Notes under the pieces: generated by a model
Database searches by the model: none
Seen by the model: only the letters and a program-made list of their open reading frames with translations
Told to the model about the DNA's origin: nothing
Assembly (NCBI GenBank): GCA_031425235.1
Contig: JANPIZ010000008.1
Coordinates: 91,377-155,376, forward strand
From: Candidatus Nomurabacteria bacterium
GTDB lineage: Bacteria > Patescibacteriota > Minisyncoccia > Phycocordibacterales > UBA9973
Length of the DNA stretch: 64,000 bases
Reading direction: 5' to 3'
Position numbers and translations under genes: made by a program
In this document: positions 27,032 through 37,504 of the stretch, piece after piece
Numbering within the stretch: the first letter of the stretch is position 1
Layout of the letters: every line of letters starts with the position of its first letter

Positions 27032-28684
27032 ATGTATACATTTAACGTGAAAATTCTGTGTTTGTCGTTATTATTAGTAGGTTTATTCGTGTTTGGTGCA
27101 CATTTTCAAGCGGAAGCTTATTCTTTAAAAGATGTTGTTTCAGCTGGTTTAAAGGGGATTACTCGAGATGAAGCACCTCAGCCGAGTGAGCCGACTTCCA
27201 CTCCTCCTATTGTTATATTCAATACGGACAGTGGCGATTCTCAAAAAACTGAAGTGTCCTCTCCAAATATAAAAATAATAGAAGAAAGCTTACAAGCTGT
27301 TGTGTTAAATGGAAAACTCACTGAGGTGCTCGCAGAACCTGCAGACAATGATACAGATTCTGAACATTCTTCATATATCATAGAAACAAAAGAATTTGGA
27401 TTTGTTCCAGTTGCCTTCAAAGAAAAAATAGAAAGAAATTATCGCAATGCCGAGATTGAAGTAATGGGGACATGGAATACTGACGGAACTTTTATTGTGG
27501 AAAATATAATTTCAACGAAATTTACTACCGTTGAAGAAATAGTTCGCCCTGAAGTGGAAGTGCTCGATGGAGCAGGTTTACCGACAGGCACTGAGTCAGT
27601 CGGGCCACTACCAACTACTGGTGATCGTAGTGTGCTTTTTATTCTCGCGAATTTTTCAAATGATACTTCGACACCGATTACTCCTACTGAGATACGTAAC
27701 ACGCTGTACTACAACACTGATTCTGCAAATAACTATTACAAATTTATATCCAAGCAACGGTTTCAACTTAAAGGTTTACAGCGTCCTGATCTCGACATAA
27801 CCAATTGGGTAACACTACCTAATACAAATGAGAATTGCCAAGCAAACCAAACTGGTACATGGACAAATAATGCGTATACTCTCGCTCGTGCACAAGGATT
27901 CGAGCCAAATAGCTACCGGACAGTCGTCGTGCTTTTTCCAGCAATTCAAAACTGCCCATTAAGCACTGGCTTTGCATCAGTGGGGCAACTCGGCAGCACC
28001 ACTGGAACCTCACTTATTTGGTTTCTTTATTCTCCGCAGCAGATGATACCTCGTATCTTAAACACGAGTTTTATTCACGAGCTTGGACACAATCTCGGCT
28101 TACTCCACTCAAATGCTGTGCAAAATTGCCAGCCCTCAATGAATGTTGTACCGCAAGGGTGTCAGGACTTTGAATATGGTGATGCATTCTCAACCATGGG
28201 TCAGCCAGGAGATGTGTTAAAAAGCTTCAATAATTTTAATCTGCACCAGCTCGGATGGCTAAGCGCTCTCGGTAAGGTTGCAGCTGTTTCTCAACCTGGA
28301 ACATACAACCTAACTTTACAAGCTCCCTCGTTGCCAACGAAAGGTTACCAAGTAGTAACTTTTCCTTTGAAAGATGCGAGTGGCGCACTAACTGGCCAAA
28401 GTGTATATTTGGAATTCCGCAGAGAGATTTTACCTTTTGAGTATTTAACTCGAGATCCTAACCAGAATGTGAATCGAGGTGTTTCAGTTAGATTTGCCCC
28501 TACAGATTTGTCTACTATAAGTAAAACATATTTATTGGACTTTCATGGGGCAACATGGTGGCTCGCTGATGCCGCAGTGCAAGTAGGGGAAACGTATCAA
28601 AATTCAACATTTGGTTTCACTATTACACCAAATACTACCCACCCCGTTCGTGGAGCAGGATTTACCCTACAACTTACTCGCTAG
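27032..28684 (+). CDS. Secreted zinc metalloprotease (M11/M6-like metzincin)
   Basis: Signal peptide; HELGHNLGLLH; EYGD..STMG Met-turn. Confidence 0.85.
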   Translation: MYTFNVKILCLSLLLVGLFVFGAHFQAEAYSLKDVVSAGLKGITRDEAPQPSEPTSTPPIVIFNTDSGDSQKTEVSSPNIKIIEESLQAVVLNGKLTEVLAEPADNDTDSEHSSYIIETKEFGFVPVAFKEKIERNYRNAEIEVMGTWNTDGTFIVENIISTKFTTVEEIVRPEVEVLDGAGLPTGTESVGPLPTTGDRSVLFILANFSNDTSTPITPTEIRNTLYYNTDSANNYYKFISKQRFQLKGLQRPDLDITNWVTLPNTNENCQANQTGTWTNNAYTLARAQGFEPNSYRTVVVLFPAIQNCPLSTGFASVGQLGSTTGTSLIWFLYSPQQMIPRILNTSFIHELGHNLGLLHSNAVQNCQPSMNVVPQGCQDFEYGDAFSTMGQPGDVLKSFNNFNLHQLGWLSALGKVAAVSQPGTYNLTLQAPSLPTKGYQVVTFPLKDASGALTGQSVYLEFRREILPFEYLTRDPNQNVNRGVSVRFAPTDLSTISKTYLLDFHGATWWLADAAVQVGETYQNSTFGFTITPNTTHPVRGAGFTLQLTR

Positions 28685-28750
28685 AGATGGGAAGCTAATT
28701 CAGTCACAATAAATTTGCTTTTTCAATGTTTTTGTATTACTATCTTTGGT

Positions 28751-29401
28751 ATGTTTACTATTAAAACGAAAAAGAGAGATTCTGGAATAAAATTAGATTT
28801 ATTACGAAAAGAAGGCGAAACTCCAGCTGTGCTTTACGGTATGGGGAAAACCACTATTTCTGTCTCAGTTCCAACTATAGAGTTCAAAAAAGTCTGGCGT
28901 GACGCTGGCGAATCTTCACCTGTAAAATTTTTATCGGAGGATGGAGATATAGACGCCCTTATACATCAAGTGCAAGTTGATCCTGTTACTGATGAACCAA
29001 TTCATGTTGATTTTCTTGCTATCGATATGAAGAAAAAAATACAAGTTTCCGTACCACTGGAGTTCGAAGGTATCTCTGGTGCGGTGAAAAGTGGTCTTGG
29101 AAACTTAGTTAAAGCTCTTCACGAAGTGCAGGTAGAAGCTTTGCCAACTGACCTCCCTCACAACCTTGTGGTAGATATTTCAAAACTATCAACCGTTGAA
29201 GACAACGTTCTGGTATCTGACATAAAACTACCAGCTGGAGTTGTTATGGTGACTTCACTTGACGAAGTTGTAGCTTCTATTGTCTTACAGGTAGAAGAAA
29301 AAGAAGAGGAAGTAGCACCCGTCGACCTTTCAGCGATTGAAGTAGAAAAGAAAGGCAAGAAAGATGAAGAAGATGCTGAATCCGCTGATACTCAAAAATA
29401 A
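28751..29401 (+). CDS. rplY: 50S ribosomal protein L25/Ctc
   Basis: PAVLYG, QVDPVTDEPIHVDF. Confidence 0.94.
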   Translation: MFTIKTKKRDSGIKLDLLRKEGETPAVLYGMGKTTISVSVPTIEFKKVWRDAGESSPVKFLSEDGDIDALIHQVQVDPVTDEPIHVDFLAIDMKKKIQVSVPLEFEGISGAVKSGLGNLVKALHEVQVEALPTDLPHNLVVDISKLSTVEDNVLVSDIKLPAGVVMVTSLDEVVASIVLQVEEKEEEVAPVDLSAIEVEKKGKKDEEDAESADTQK

Positions 29402-29439
29402 GCTTGTCTCAAATTTACAAAATATGATATAATTAAGCT

Positions 29440-30798
29440 ATGACCAAGAAATTAGTCACAGCTTTTTTGTTTATTGCTTTCGTATTTTCAGGATTCGCGG
29501 GTTACCCAATTAAGGCTGCTTTTGATTGCTTGAAACTAAGTGCTGATTCAAGTCAAGCGGATAAGGATTATTGTAAGGGCGAGCTTAGTCAAATAGAAGC
29601 TCAATTGGCTGAACTGATAGCAAAACAAAAAGAACAACAAAAAACCACAGGAACGCTAAAAGGAGACGTGAATTATTTAACGAGCCAGATTAATGCTTTA
29701 AAAGCTAAAATAAAAGCTCGAGGTCTTGCTATTACTCAGATTAAAGTAAGTATCAATGAAAAAGTTAGTAAAATAGGCTCCCTTTCAAGTAAAATTGAGC
29801 GTGAACATGCCTCATTAGCTGAACTATTGCGAAGTACTAATGAATTTGATGGTGGAAATATTATGCACTTATTATTGTCAGATCAGAGTGTGTCAGATTT
29901 TTATGCTGACGTAGAATCATACTCGGCGATGAAAGAGGGAATCGAAGATTCACTAGGTGTTGTGAGAGTTGTAAAAAAACAAACAGAACTAGCAAAAGCT
30001 GACTTGGAAATCAAACAAGACGCAGAAACAGACGCAAAAGCTGACCTTGAAAGTGCTCAATCAGTGGTGGCTAAGTCTGAAGCAGACAAAAAAAACTTAC
30101 TTGCTATTTCTAAAAACCAAGAAGCAGAATATCAAAAACTTGCTGCAGAAAAAAAAGCTCGGGCGGATAAAATTCGTGCTGCACTATTTCCCCTCGCAAA
30201 TACAACTCAAAAAATTGATTTCGGTACTGCACTTAAATATGCAAATGAAGCCAATAGAACAACAGGCATAGAACCTGCATTCTTGCTTGCAATATTAACT
30301 CAAGAAAGTAATTTGGGTGCCAATGTGGGTCAATGTTATCTTACTGACACGACCACAGGAGCAGGCGCTGGTAAAAACACAGGTACACCATTTATAAATG
30401 TTATGAAACCGACACGTGACGTTGCGCCATTTTTGGAAATTACGAAAGCACTCGGTGTGGACCCATTTAAAACTCCTGTGTCATGTCCTATAGCTGGAGT
30501 TGCTGGGTATGGTGGCGCGATGGGGCCAGCACAATTTATTCCTTCTACTTGGAAAATATTTGCCGGACGTTTACAAGCTGCACTCGGACGTTACGCAAAT
30601 CCATGGTTGGCTCAAGACGCTTTTATGGCTTCTAGTATGTACCTTACTGACCTCGGTGCTGTGGGTACGAGCACTGCTCTCCAGCATAAGGCTGCTTGTA
30701 AATATTATGGTTCTGGGGGGACGAGTTGTTCATATAGTACAAATGTGATGAGGTTAAAGGCAACTATTCAGGCTAATATTAATTTGCTTCAGAACTAA
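29440..30798 (+). CDS. Coiled-coil lytic murein transglycosylase
   Basis: Signal peptide, coiled coil, AILTQES, GAMGPAQFIPSTW. Confidence 0.88.
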   Translation: MTKKLVTAFLFIAFVFSGFAGYPIKAAFDCLKLSADSSQADKDYCKGELSQIEAQLAELIAKQKEQQKTTGTLKGDVNYLTSQINALKAKIKARGLAITQIKVSINEKVSKIGSLSSKIEREHASLAELLRSTNEFDGGNIMHLLLSDQSVSDFYADVESYSAMKEGIEDSLGVVRVVKKQTELAKADLEIKQDAETDAKADLESAQSVVAKSEADKKNLLAISKNQEAEYQKLAAEKKARADKIRAALFPLANTTQKIDFGTALKYANEANRTTGIEPAFLLAILTQESNLGANVGQCYLTDTTTGAGAGKNTGTPFINVMKPTRDVAPFLEITKALGVDPFKTPVSCPIAGVAGYGGAMGPAQFIPSTWKIFAGRLQAALGRYANPWLAQDAFMASSMYLTDLGAVGTSTALQHKAACKYYGSGGTSCSYSTNVMRLKATIQANINLLQN

Positions 30799-30821
30799 AT
30801 GTGTGATACTATAAGCGAGTT

Positions 30822-31046
30822 ATGAAAAAAGCTATACATCCAAAATATGATTTAAACACAAAAGCGACCTGCGCGTGCGGAGCTGTGTTTATGGTTGGTT
30901 CCACATTATCTGAAATAAAAGTTGAAATATGCAGTAACTGTCACCCATTTTATACAGGTAATGAAAAAATAATGGATACTGCGGGACGCGTGGATCGATT
31001 CAAAAAACGAGCTGCTGCAACTACTAAAGTTAAAGCTAAGAAATAA
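30822..31046 (+). CDS. rpmE: 50S ribosomal protein L31
   Basis: MKKAIHPKY, CSNCHPFYTG. Confidence 0.97.
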   Translation: MKKAIHPKYDLNTKATCACGAVFMVGSTLSEIKVEICSNCHPFYTGNEKIMDTAGRVDRFKKRAAATTKVKAKK

Positions 31047-31061
31047 AATTTTCTTGGTACT

Positions 31062-32030
31062 ATGAGTTTGGATTTAGAGGAATTAAAAAAGAATCACAAC
31101 ACGAACTACTTAGCGACAAGCTTAGAGAAAATTTTGCGTGAAGAAGCGGAAGTTCGAACAATGCTCGACAGCGATGAAACACTTCACGAGCTTGCAGGCA
31201 AGGAACTCCAGACTATACAGGAAGAACGCGAGCGACTTGAAAAACAAATACAGGATATTTTAAATAAAGAAAAAGAAGCGGAAGAATTCCCAAATGAGAT
31301 CGTCCTTGAAGTCAGAGCTGGAGCTGGTGGTGATGAAGCAAGTCTTTTTGCGTGGGAGCTTGCACACATGTATGAAAGATATGCCGATATCCAAGGTTGG
31401 CAATGGTATGTGAACTATGAGTCAAAAAGTGACTTGAATGGATATAAAGAAGCGAGCTTTGAAATAAAAGGAAAGGATGTGTATAAAAAGCTTCGCTATG
31501 AAACAGGAGTACATCGAGTGCAACGAGTACCAGCAACAGAAAAAAATGGACGTGTGCATACTTCGACTGCATCTGTGGCAGTACTACCACTGAAAAAGAA
31601 AATATCTTTTGTAGTAAATCCAGCAGAATTTGAAATGGAATATTCTCGCTCTGGTGGAAAAGGAGGACAAAATGTAAACAAAGTGGAAACGGCGGTGCGT
31701 ATTATTCATACACCCACAGGGCTCGATGTTCGTTCTACAAATGAGCGTAGCCAGCTCGCAAACAGGGAAAAAGCCATGATGATATTGACCGCCAAGCTGC
31801 AGCAGCTCGAAGAAGAAAAAGATGCGGCAAAATACGGTGCAGAGAGAAAGAGTCAGATAGGGAGCGGAGACAGGTCAGAAAAGATTCGCACATACAATTT
31901 TGCTCAAGATCGAGTTACTGATCACCGAATCAAAAAATCTTGGCATAATTTGCCTAAAATTCTTGAAGGTGAAATAGGGGATATTATAAACTCTATTGAT
32001 TCAGGAGAAACAGGGGACGAGGAAGAGTAA
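31062..32030 (+). CDS. prfA: Peptide chain release factor 1
   Basis: VPATE (PxT), GGQ, RSEKIRTYNF. Confidence 0.95.
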   Translation: MSLDLEELKKNHNTNYLATSLEKILREEAEVRTMLDSDETLHELAGKELQTIQEERERLEKQIQDILNKEKEAEEFPNEIVLEVRAGAGGDEASLFAWELAHMYERYADIQGWQWYVNYESKSDLNGYKEASFEIKGKDVYKKLRYETGVHRVQRVPATEKNGRVHTSTASVAVLPLKKKISFVVNPAEFEMEYSRSGGKGGQNVNKVETAVRIIHTPTGLDVRSTNERSQLANREKAMMILTAKLQQLEEEKDAAKYGAERKSQIGSGDRSEKIRTYNFAQDRVTDHRIKKSWHNLPKILEGEIGDIINSIDSGETGDEEE

Positions 32031-32072
32031 TACTCCAAACATTTATTTATATATGTAAAATGGTTACAGTGT

Positions 32073-32159
32073 TTGACAAAACACTGTTTTTGTGATATAC
32101 TATAAGAGTATGACTGGATTTAATTTTTTAATTCCAGATCTCTTCGTTGAAAATAAAAT
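32073..32159 (+). promoter_or_regulatory. Duplicated promoter plus uORF module, copy 2
   Basis: 85/87 identical to 12935-13021; ATG 32110 is in frame with the gene. Confidence 0.9.
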
Positions 32160-32160
32160 T

Positions 32161-32649
32161 ATGAAAAATAAAAAAGTGAGCCTGCTTCGAACGGCACTTT
32201 TTACGTTTTTGTTCCTGGTTACGTTATTGGGGTCAATAACAAAAACGTCGGCACAAGTAACCTCAACTGCTACCTATAAAGTTGAGATACAAAAATTTAC
32301 TGTCGGAAGCTTATTCCCGAAAGCGCTCATCACGTTTTCGGAAAAAATTGCAGATCGGGAGGAATATTTTCGGTCTACAACAGCGAGTTTCGCTATAAAG
32401 TCCAAAGACGCTTCGCCTTTAATGGCGAAGTTGCAACAACAGGCGGTCGAAACCCCGTCACAAGGGATTTTGAACAAATTTTCCTTTTATATCAAAGATG
32501 ATGTAATGGAAATCCATTTTATTTTGAGAAATGAATTCACTGATTGTGAATTCATCGAAAAAATCGAAAAAATCATCGAAACGATAAAAGAAGAAAAATT
32601 TAAAAATAAAGTTCTGAAAAGAACATCGCTGACGTTCACGCAAAAATAA
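32161..32649 (+). CDS. Secreted hypothetical protein (alternative start 32110)
   Basis: Signal-peptide-like N-terminus; terminator hairpin at about 32670-32708. Confidence 0.7.
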   Translation: MKNKKVSLLRTALFTFLFLVTLLGSITKTSAQVTSTATYKVEIQKFTVGSLFPKALITFSEKIADREEYFRSTTASFAIKSKDASPLMAKLQQQAVETPSQGILNKFSFYIKDDVMEIHFILRNEFTDCEFIEKIEKIIETIKEEKFKNKVLKRTSLTFTQK

Positions 32650-32897
32650 GTGAACATTAGCAAAAAAGAAAAATCGGTCGAGAGTATCTACTCTTGATCG
32701 ATTTTTTTAATTTTATATACAAAAAGTTGATGTAGGCTCGATTTCTACAACTTTTAAATTGCTTTTATTTCGCCTTATGTTAGAATTACTTCAGTAGTAA
32801 GTTTCTCGTTTTAGGACAAGAATTTCTACACCTGGCCTCGCAGGCAGGGATTATAAATAGTTTTTGCCGGAGTTTTAAAAAACCGGAGAAATAAGTT

Positions 32898-33218
32898 ATG
32901 GCTACAAAGCTATATGTAGGGGGTTTACCTTACAGTACACAAGAAGCTGCTTTAAAAGAGCTCTTCGCACAAGCAGGAAACGTTGTTTCAGCTGTGATTA
33001 TCATGGACAAAATGTCCGGTCGTTCTAAGGGTTTTGGTTTCGTTGAAATGTCATCTGACGAGGAAGCACAAAAGGCTATCTCAATGTTCAATGAGCAAGA
33101 TTTTGAAGGACGAAAACTAACTGTAAACGAAGCTCGCCCTATGGAAGCTCGCCCACCACGAACAGGTGGTAACGGCGGAGGTGGATACGGAAACGGTGGA
33201 GGAAGACGAGAATACTAA
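32898..33218 (+). CDS. RRM RNA-binding protein
   Basis: LYVGGL (RNP2), KGFGFVEM (RNP1), Gly-rich tail. Confidence 0.95.
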   Translation: MATKLYVGGLPYSTQEAALKELFAQAGNVVSAVIIMDKMSGRSKGFGFVEMSSDEEAQKAISMFNEQDFEGRKLTVNEARPMEARPPRTGGNGGGGYGNGGGRREY

Positions 33219-33249
33219 TTTCTCTTTTTACATTACCTAAAAAACAACA

Positions 33250-33275
33250 GCCCCGCTTTGTGCGGGGTTTTTGTT
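33250..33275 (+). terminator. Intrinsic terminator
   Basis: CCCCGC TTTGT GCGGGG TTTTT. Confidence 0.8.
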
Positions 33276-33395
33276 TGCTCAAAAGAGTTTTTTTTGATAC
33301 TGTGTATTATACTGAAAGGTTCAGTCCCGCCAGAGGCAGATAAAGTCCGAACGGTCTCTGAATCGTCTTTCATGATTATTTAAAATTTATATATT

Positions 33396-33467
33396 GAGCG
33401 TGTAGTTCAGTGGTAGAACGCTGTCCTGATAAGACAGAGGTCGATGGTCCGATTCCATCCACGCTCA
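33396..33467 (+). tRNA. tRNA-Ile (GAT)
   Basis: Cloverleaf; CTGTC CT GAT AA GACAG; T-loop reads TCCGATT. Confidence 0.92.
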
Positions 33468-33542
33468 CAACGTTGAATTAGTGTTTGCATCAAGTATGTA
33501 TTTATATTATTATACAAGAAAGGCCTAAAGCCTTTTGTTTTT

Positions 33543-33812
33543 ATGGAAAACGACAAAAAAGCTATGAGTAGTGAACCCTGGTGGAAACCAGGTATTGAGC
33601 TTTTTAGTCAGGTTTCAGGATGGATTATAGTTCCCATTGTTCTCGCACTTATTGTAGGTAAAACATTGGATAGCTATTTTAACACAAAGCCGACGTTGTT
33701 TTTAATATCGATTGCTACAGCTTTCGTGTTCACATGTATAGGAATGGTTAGGGTTGTGAAAAATTACAATAGAAAATTAAAAGAAATAGAAGAGGCAGAG
33801 AATAAAAAATAA
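33543..33812 (+). CDS. AtpZ/AtpI family protein
   Basis: Two TMs, GKTLDSYFNTKP, first gene of the atp operon. Confidence 0.85.
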   Translation: MENDKKAMSSEPWWKPGIELFSQVSGWIIVPIVLALIVGKTLDSYFNTKPTLFLISIATAFVFTCIGMVRVVKNYNRKLKEIEEAENKK

Positions 33813-33815
33813 TTT

Positions 33816-34709
33816 ATGGCATCAACAGAAGGAGTATCACACGAAATAACCTTATTTGCAGAACCAGTTGCCCATATTGGAAATTTTAATGTAACCAATG
33901 CTCTTCTTTCATCCTGGGCTGTTGTTATAATCATAATTATTTTATCTATAATTATTCGTAAAACTTTACGTGAAGTTCCAAGTAAAGTGCAAAATATTTT
34001 TGAAATTATTATCGAAGGCGCACTCGATCTCTGTGATCAAGTTACAAACAATAGAAATATTTCAATTCAAATCTTTCCTATCGCTATATCTGTTTTCTTT
34101 TTTATACTACTCAATAATTGGCTTGGGTTATTACCCCTTGGAGGGGTTGGCCTTATTGAAAAAGGGGAACATGGACTTGCTTTTATACCGTTCTTGCGCG
34201 GAGGTACGGCTGATATTAATACCACGATCGCCCTCGCAGTTATGGCTGTAATAGGCGCAAATGTCTTTGGGGTGTTTTCTGTCGGGCTCTGGAAAACTTT
34301 CAATAAATATGTTAATCTGAAGGCACTCGGAGGTATTTTTACCAAAATACGTAAAGATCCAACGGTTATTATCGTAGCTCCGATAACGTTCTTTGTAGGT
34401 TTAATTGAAATTGTGGGTGAATTTGCAAAGGTTGCATCGCTTTCATTTCGTCTTTTTGGAAATGTATTTGCAGGGGAAGTACTTCTGGCATCCATGGCAG
34501 CATTGATTGCGTATATTATACCGGTACCCTTCCTTTTCTTGGAAATTCTCGTAGGAGTAATTCAAGCACTTATCTTCTCAATGCTTTTAGTTGTGTATTT
34601 TACAATCGGAGCCACTGATCACGATAGCCACGACGAAGAGCACGAGAAAGGTCACGCTGTTGCACCTGCCCGAAATGCTACGCATAACGTTGCAGGCGGA
34701 CATGCATAA
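33816..34709 (+). CDS. atpB: ATP synthase subunit a
   Basis: SLSFRLFGNVFAGE, IQALIF. Confidence 0.96.
   Translation: MASTEGVSHEITLFAEPVAHIGNFNVTNALLSSWAVVIIIIILSIIIRKTLREVPSKVQNIFEIIIEGALDLCDQVTNNRNISIQIFPIAISVFFFILLNNWLGLLPLGGVGLIEKGEHGLAFIPFLRGGTADINTTIALAVMAVIGANVFGVFSVGLWKTFNKYVNLKALGGIFTKIRKDPTVIIVAPITFFVGLIEIVGEFAKVASLSFRLFGNVFAGEVLLASMAALIAYIIPVPFLFLEILVGVIQALIFSMLLVVYFTIGATDHDSHDEEHEKGHAVAPARNATHNVAGGHA
34665..34700 (+). repeat. Palindromic insert in the atpB C-terminus (PARNATHNVAGG)
   Basis: CCTGCCCGAAATGCTACGCATAACGTTGCAGGCGGA; homolog of the pepN insert. Confidence 0.8.
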
Positions 34710-34761
34710 GTACAGTTCCGTTTTGCATATAAAATTTTGTATGTAAAACGGAACTGTACTT
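34708..34761. repeat. Long inverted repeat between atpB and atpE
   Basis: 17-bp perfect arms AAGTACAGTTCCGTTTT/AAAACGGAACTGTACTT, extendable with G-U pairs. Confidence 0.85.
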
Positions 34762-34790
34762 TTAAAATAAGTAAAGGTCATTATTATTAA

Positions 34791-35051
<261 letters not shown>

Positions 35052-35063
35052 GTCTACACTAAC

Positions 35064-35126
35064 ATCTTGAGTTCTAGTTCTGGGTTCTAGTTTACCGACT
35101 AGTACCTAGTGCCTAGTACCTAAGAT
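35064..35126. repeat. Inverted heptamer tandem repeat
   Basis: GTTCTAG-like units followed by CTAGTAC-like units. Confidence 0.7.
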
Positions 35127-35138
35127 ATAATAAACAAT

Positions 35139-35600
35139 ATGGAATCAATCATTTCAACATTTCACATAGACTGGAAAATAATTATTGCTCAAGCTGTAAA
35201 CTTCGCGATAGTATTTGTCGTGTTATATATCTATGCTTTAAAACCGCTTTCAAAATTAATGTCTGAAAGATCGGCGAAAATATCTCAAGGTATTACAGAC
35301 GCAAAAACGAACGCTGAGGTATTAAGTAAGACTCAAGAAGAATACGATGCAATACTTGCAAAAGCTCGCGTTGAAGCTCAGAAAATTTTTGATGATGTCA
35401 AAAAAGAAGGTGAAGCGAAGAAAAACGAAATGCTCGAACAGTCACGACAAGAAGTAGCTGTTATGATAGACAATGGTAAGAAAAATCTCGAAGCTGAAAA
35501 AGCAAAAATAATGGAAGATGCTAAAAAAGAAATCATAAGCCTTGCAATGATGGCAACAGAAAAATTAATTAGCACCAAAGGTAATGTAAATAATTTATAA
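35139..35600 (+). CDS. atpF: ATP synthase subunit b
   Basis: AQAVNF TM plus coiled coil; operon position. Confidence 0.93.
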   Translation: MESIISTFHIDWKIIIAQAVNFAIVFVVLYIYALKPLSKLMSERSAKISQGITDAKTNAEVLSKTQEEYDAILAKARVEAQKIFDDVKKEGEAKKNEMLEQSRQEVAVMIDNGKKNLEAEKAKIMEDAKKEIISLAMMATEKLISTKGNVNNL

Positions 35601-35606
35601 TCAATT

Positions 35607-35999
35607 ATGGCAATCGCAACAAACAACGATATAGCAAAAGCGATCTATCTTGCTTCGAAAGAAAATCCTGTAAACGTAGTTACTGAAACTGTGCGATTTT
35701 TTGCACGGAAACGACTCATGTCTCGGGCTCCTGATATACTCGCTCGATTAGAGAAGATAGTGCACAAAGCTGAAAATAAAATAAGAGCAAAGGTAACGAG
35801 CGCTGAACAATTAGGACAAACTGAGAAAAGTAATATCGAACATTTCTTAAAAAAACGTTACGAAGTCACGGGAATTTTATTTGAAGAAGTTGTCGATAAA
35901 AAGGTAGTAGGCGGAGTAAAAATAGAGATCGACGACGAAGTGCTCGACCTTACAGTAAAAAACAGAATTCATAAATTACAAGAATATTTAATAAGTTAA
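35607..35999 (+). CDS. atpH: ATP synthase subunit delta (short)
   Basis: [25 protein letters not shown]. Confidence 0.9.
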   Translation: MAIATNNDIAKAIYLASKENPVNVVTETVRFFARKRLMSRAPDILARLEKIVHKAENKIRAKVTSAEQLGQTEKSNIEHFLKKRYEVTGILFEEVVDKKVVGGVKIEIDDEVLDLTVKNRIHKLQEYLIS

Positions 36000-36001
36000 C
36001 C

Positions 36002-37501
36002 ATGAACAATAACATTGTAGAAAACTTAAAAAAGGAAATAAATAATTTCTCTCTTCAATTAAAAATTGAGAAGGTCGGGCATGTTATCGAAGTATTTGAC
36101 GGTATTGTCAAAGTTTCTGGTCTATCTGACATTAAATCCTCGGAAATGGTGACATTTCCTGGAGGAGAAACAGGCGTAGCCCTCAACCTCGAAGAAGATG
36201 CAGTCGGGGTTATTATTCTAGGAGACTTTTCTAAAATTAAAGAAGGCGACGAAGTAAAAGCTACTGGAAGAATTCTTGAAATTCCGGTCTCTGATAATAT
36301 TTTGGGGCGGGTGGTCAATGGACTTGGGTTAGCTATTGATGGTAAAGGTGCAATTAAAAGCGAAAAAACCTACCCAATTGAAAAAGTTGCTCCTGGTGTA
36401 GTAACTCGTCTTTCAGTTGACCAGCCGGTTGCTACAGGTATCAAAGTTATTGACGCTATTATTCCTGTCGGGCGGGGTCAGCGTGAACTTATTATAGGTG
36501 ATAGGCAAACGGGTAAAACTGCTATTGCTATCGATGCAATTTTAAACCAAAAAGGACAAAACATGATTTGTGTGTATGTATCTATAGGCCAGAAAGATTC
36601 TAAGCTTCGAAAAATTGAAGCTCGACTCGAAGCAGGCGGCGCTATGGCTTATACAGTGATTGTATCAGCTGGTGCTTCTGAGGCGGCCGCGCTCTCTTAT
36701 ATTGCTCCGTATACTGGTGTATCTATTGCGGAATATTTTATGGATCAAGGTAAAGATGTCATGATCATATATGACGACCTTTCAAAGCATGCTGTTGCGT
36801 ATCGTGAAATTTCGTTGCTTCTTCGTCGTCCACCAGGCCGTGAAGCATACCCGGGAGATGTTTTCTACCTACATTCTCGTTTGCTTGAACGTGCATGCCG
36901 AAGGAATGAAAAATACGGAGGTGGCTCTATCACTGCGTTTCCAATTATTGAAACTCAAGCAGGAGATATTTCAGCATATATTCCAACTAATGTTATTTCC
37001 ATTACTGATGGACAAATATTCCTCGAGACTGATCTTTTCTATAAAGGTATACGCCCTGCCGTAAACGTTGGATTTTCTGTGTCTCGTGTAGGTTCGACGG
37101 CACAAATAAAAGCAGTAAAAAAGGTAGCAGGTACACTCAAGCTCGACCTGGCGCAGTTTCGTGAACTCGAGGCCTTTGCGCAGTTTGGTTCTGATCTTGA
37201 TGAATCAACCAAACGCCAACTTGAACGAGGTAAAAGAGCTATTGAAGTCTTGAAACAGCCTCAATACGCACCGATGAAAATTGAACATCAAGTAGTCGTA
37301 TTTTACGCCCTTGTCAAAGGGTATATGGACGACGTACCTCTTGAAAAAATCAAAGCATTCGAGACCGGATTGATTGAATATAGTGAACGCAACGCTAAGA
37401 CATTTTACAAAGAAGTGTTAGAGAAAAAAATGTGGGCTGAGAAAGGTGAAGCAGAACTCATAAAAGCAATAGAAGATTTCAAGTCAGGATTCAATAAATA
37501 A
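36002..37501 (+). CDS. atpA: ATP synthase subunit alpha
   Basis: [20 protein letters not shown]. Confidence 0.98.
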   Translation: MNNNIVENLKKEINNFSLQLKIEKVGHVIEVFDGIVKVSGLSDIKSSEMVTFPGGETGVALNLEEDAVGVIILGDFSKIKEGDEVKATGRILEIPVSDNILGRVVNGLGLAIDGKGAIKSEKTYPIEKVAPGVVTRLSVDQPVATGIKVIDAIIPVGRGQRELIIGDRQTGKTAIAIDAILNQKGQNMICVYVSIGQKDSKLRKIEARLEAGGAMAYTVIVSAGASEAAALSYIAPYTGVSIAEYFMDQGKDVMIIYDDLSKHAVAYREISLLLRRPPGREAYPGDVFYLHSRLLERACRRNEKYGGGSITAFPIIETQAGDISAYIPTNVISITDGQIFLETDLFYKGIRPAVNVGFSVSRVGSTAQIKAVKKVAGTLKLDLAQFRELEAFAQFGSDLDESTKRQLERGKRAIEVLKQPQYAPMKIEHQVVVFYALVKGYMDDVPLEKIKAFETGLIEYSERNAKTFYKEVLEKKMWAEKGEAELIKAIEDFKSGFNK

Positions 37502-37504
37502 TAT

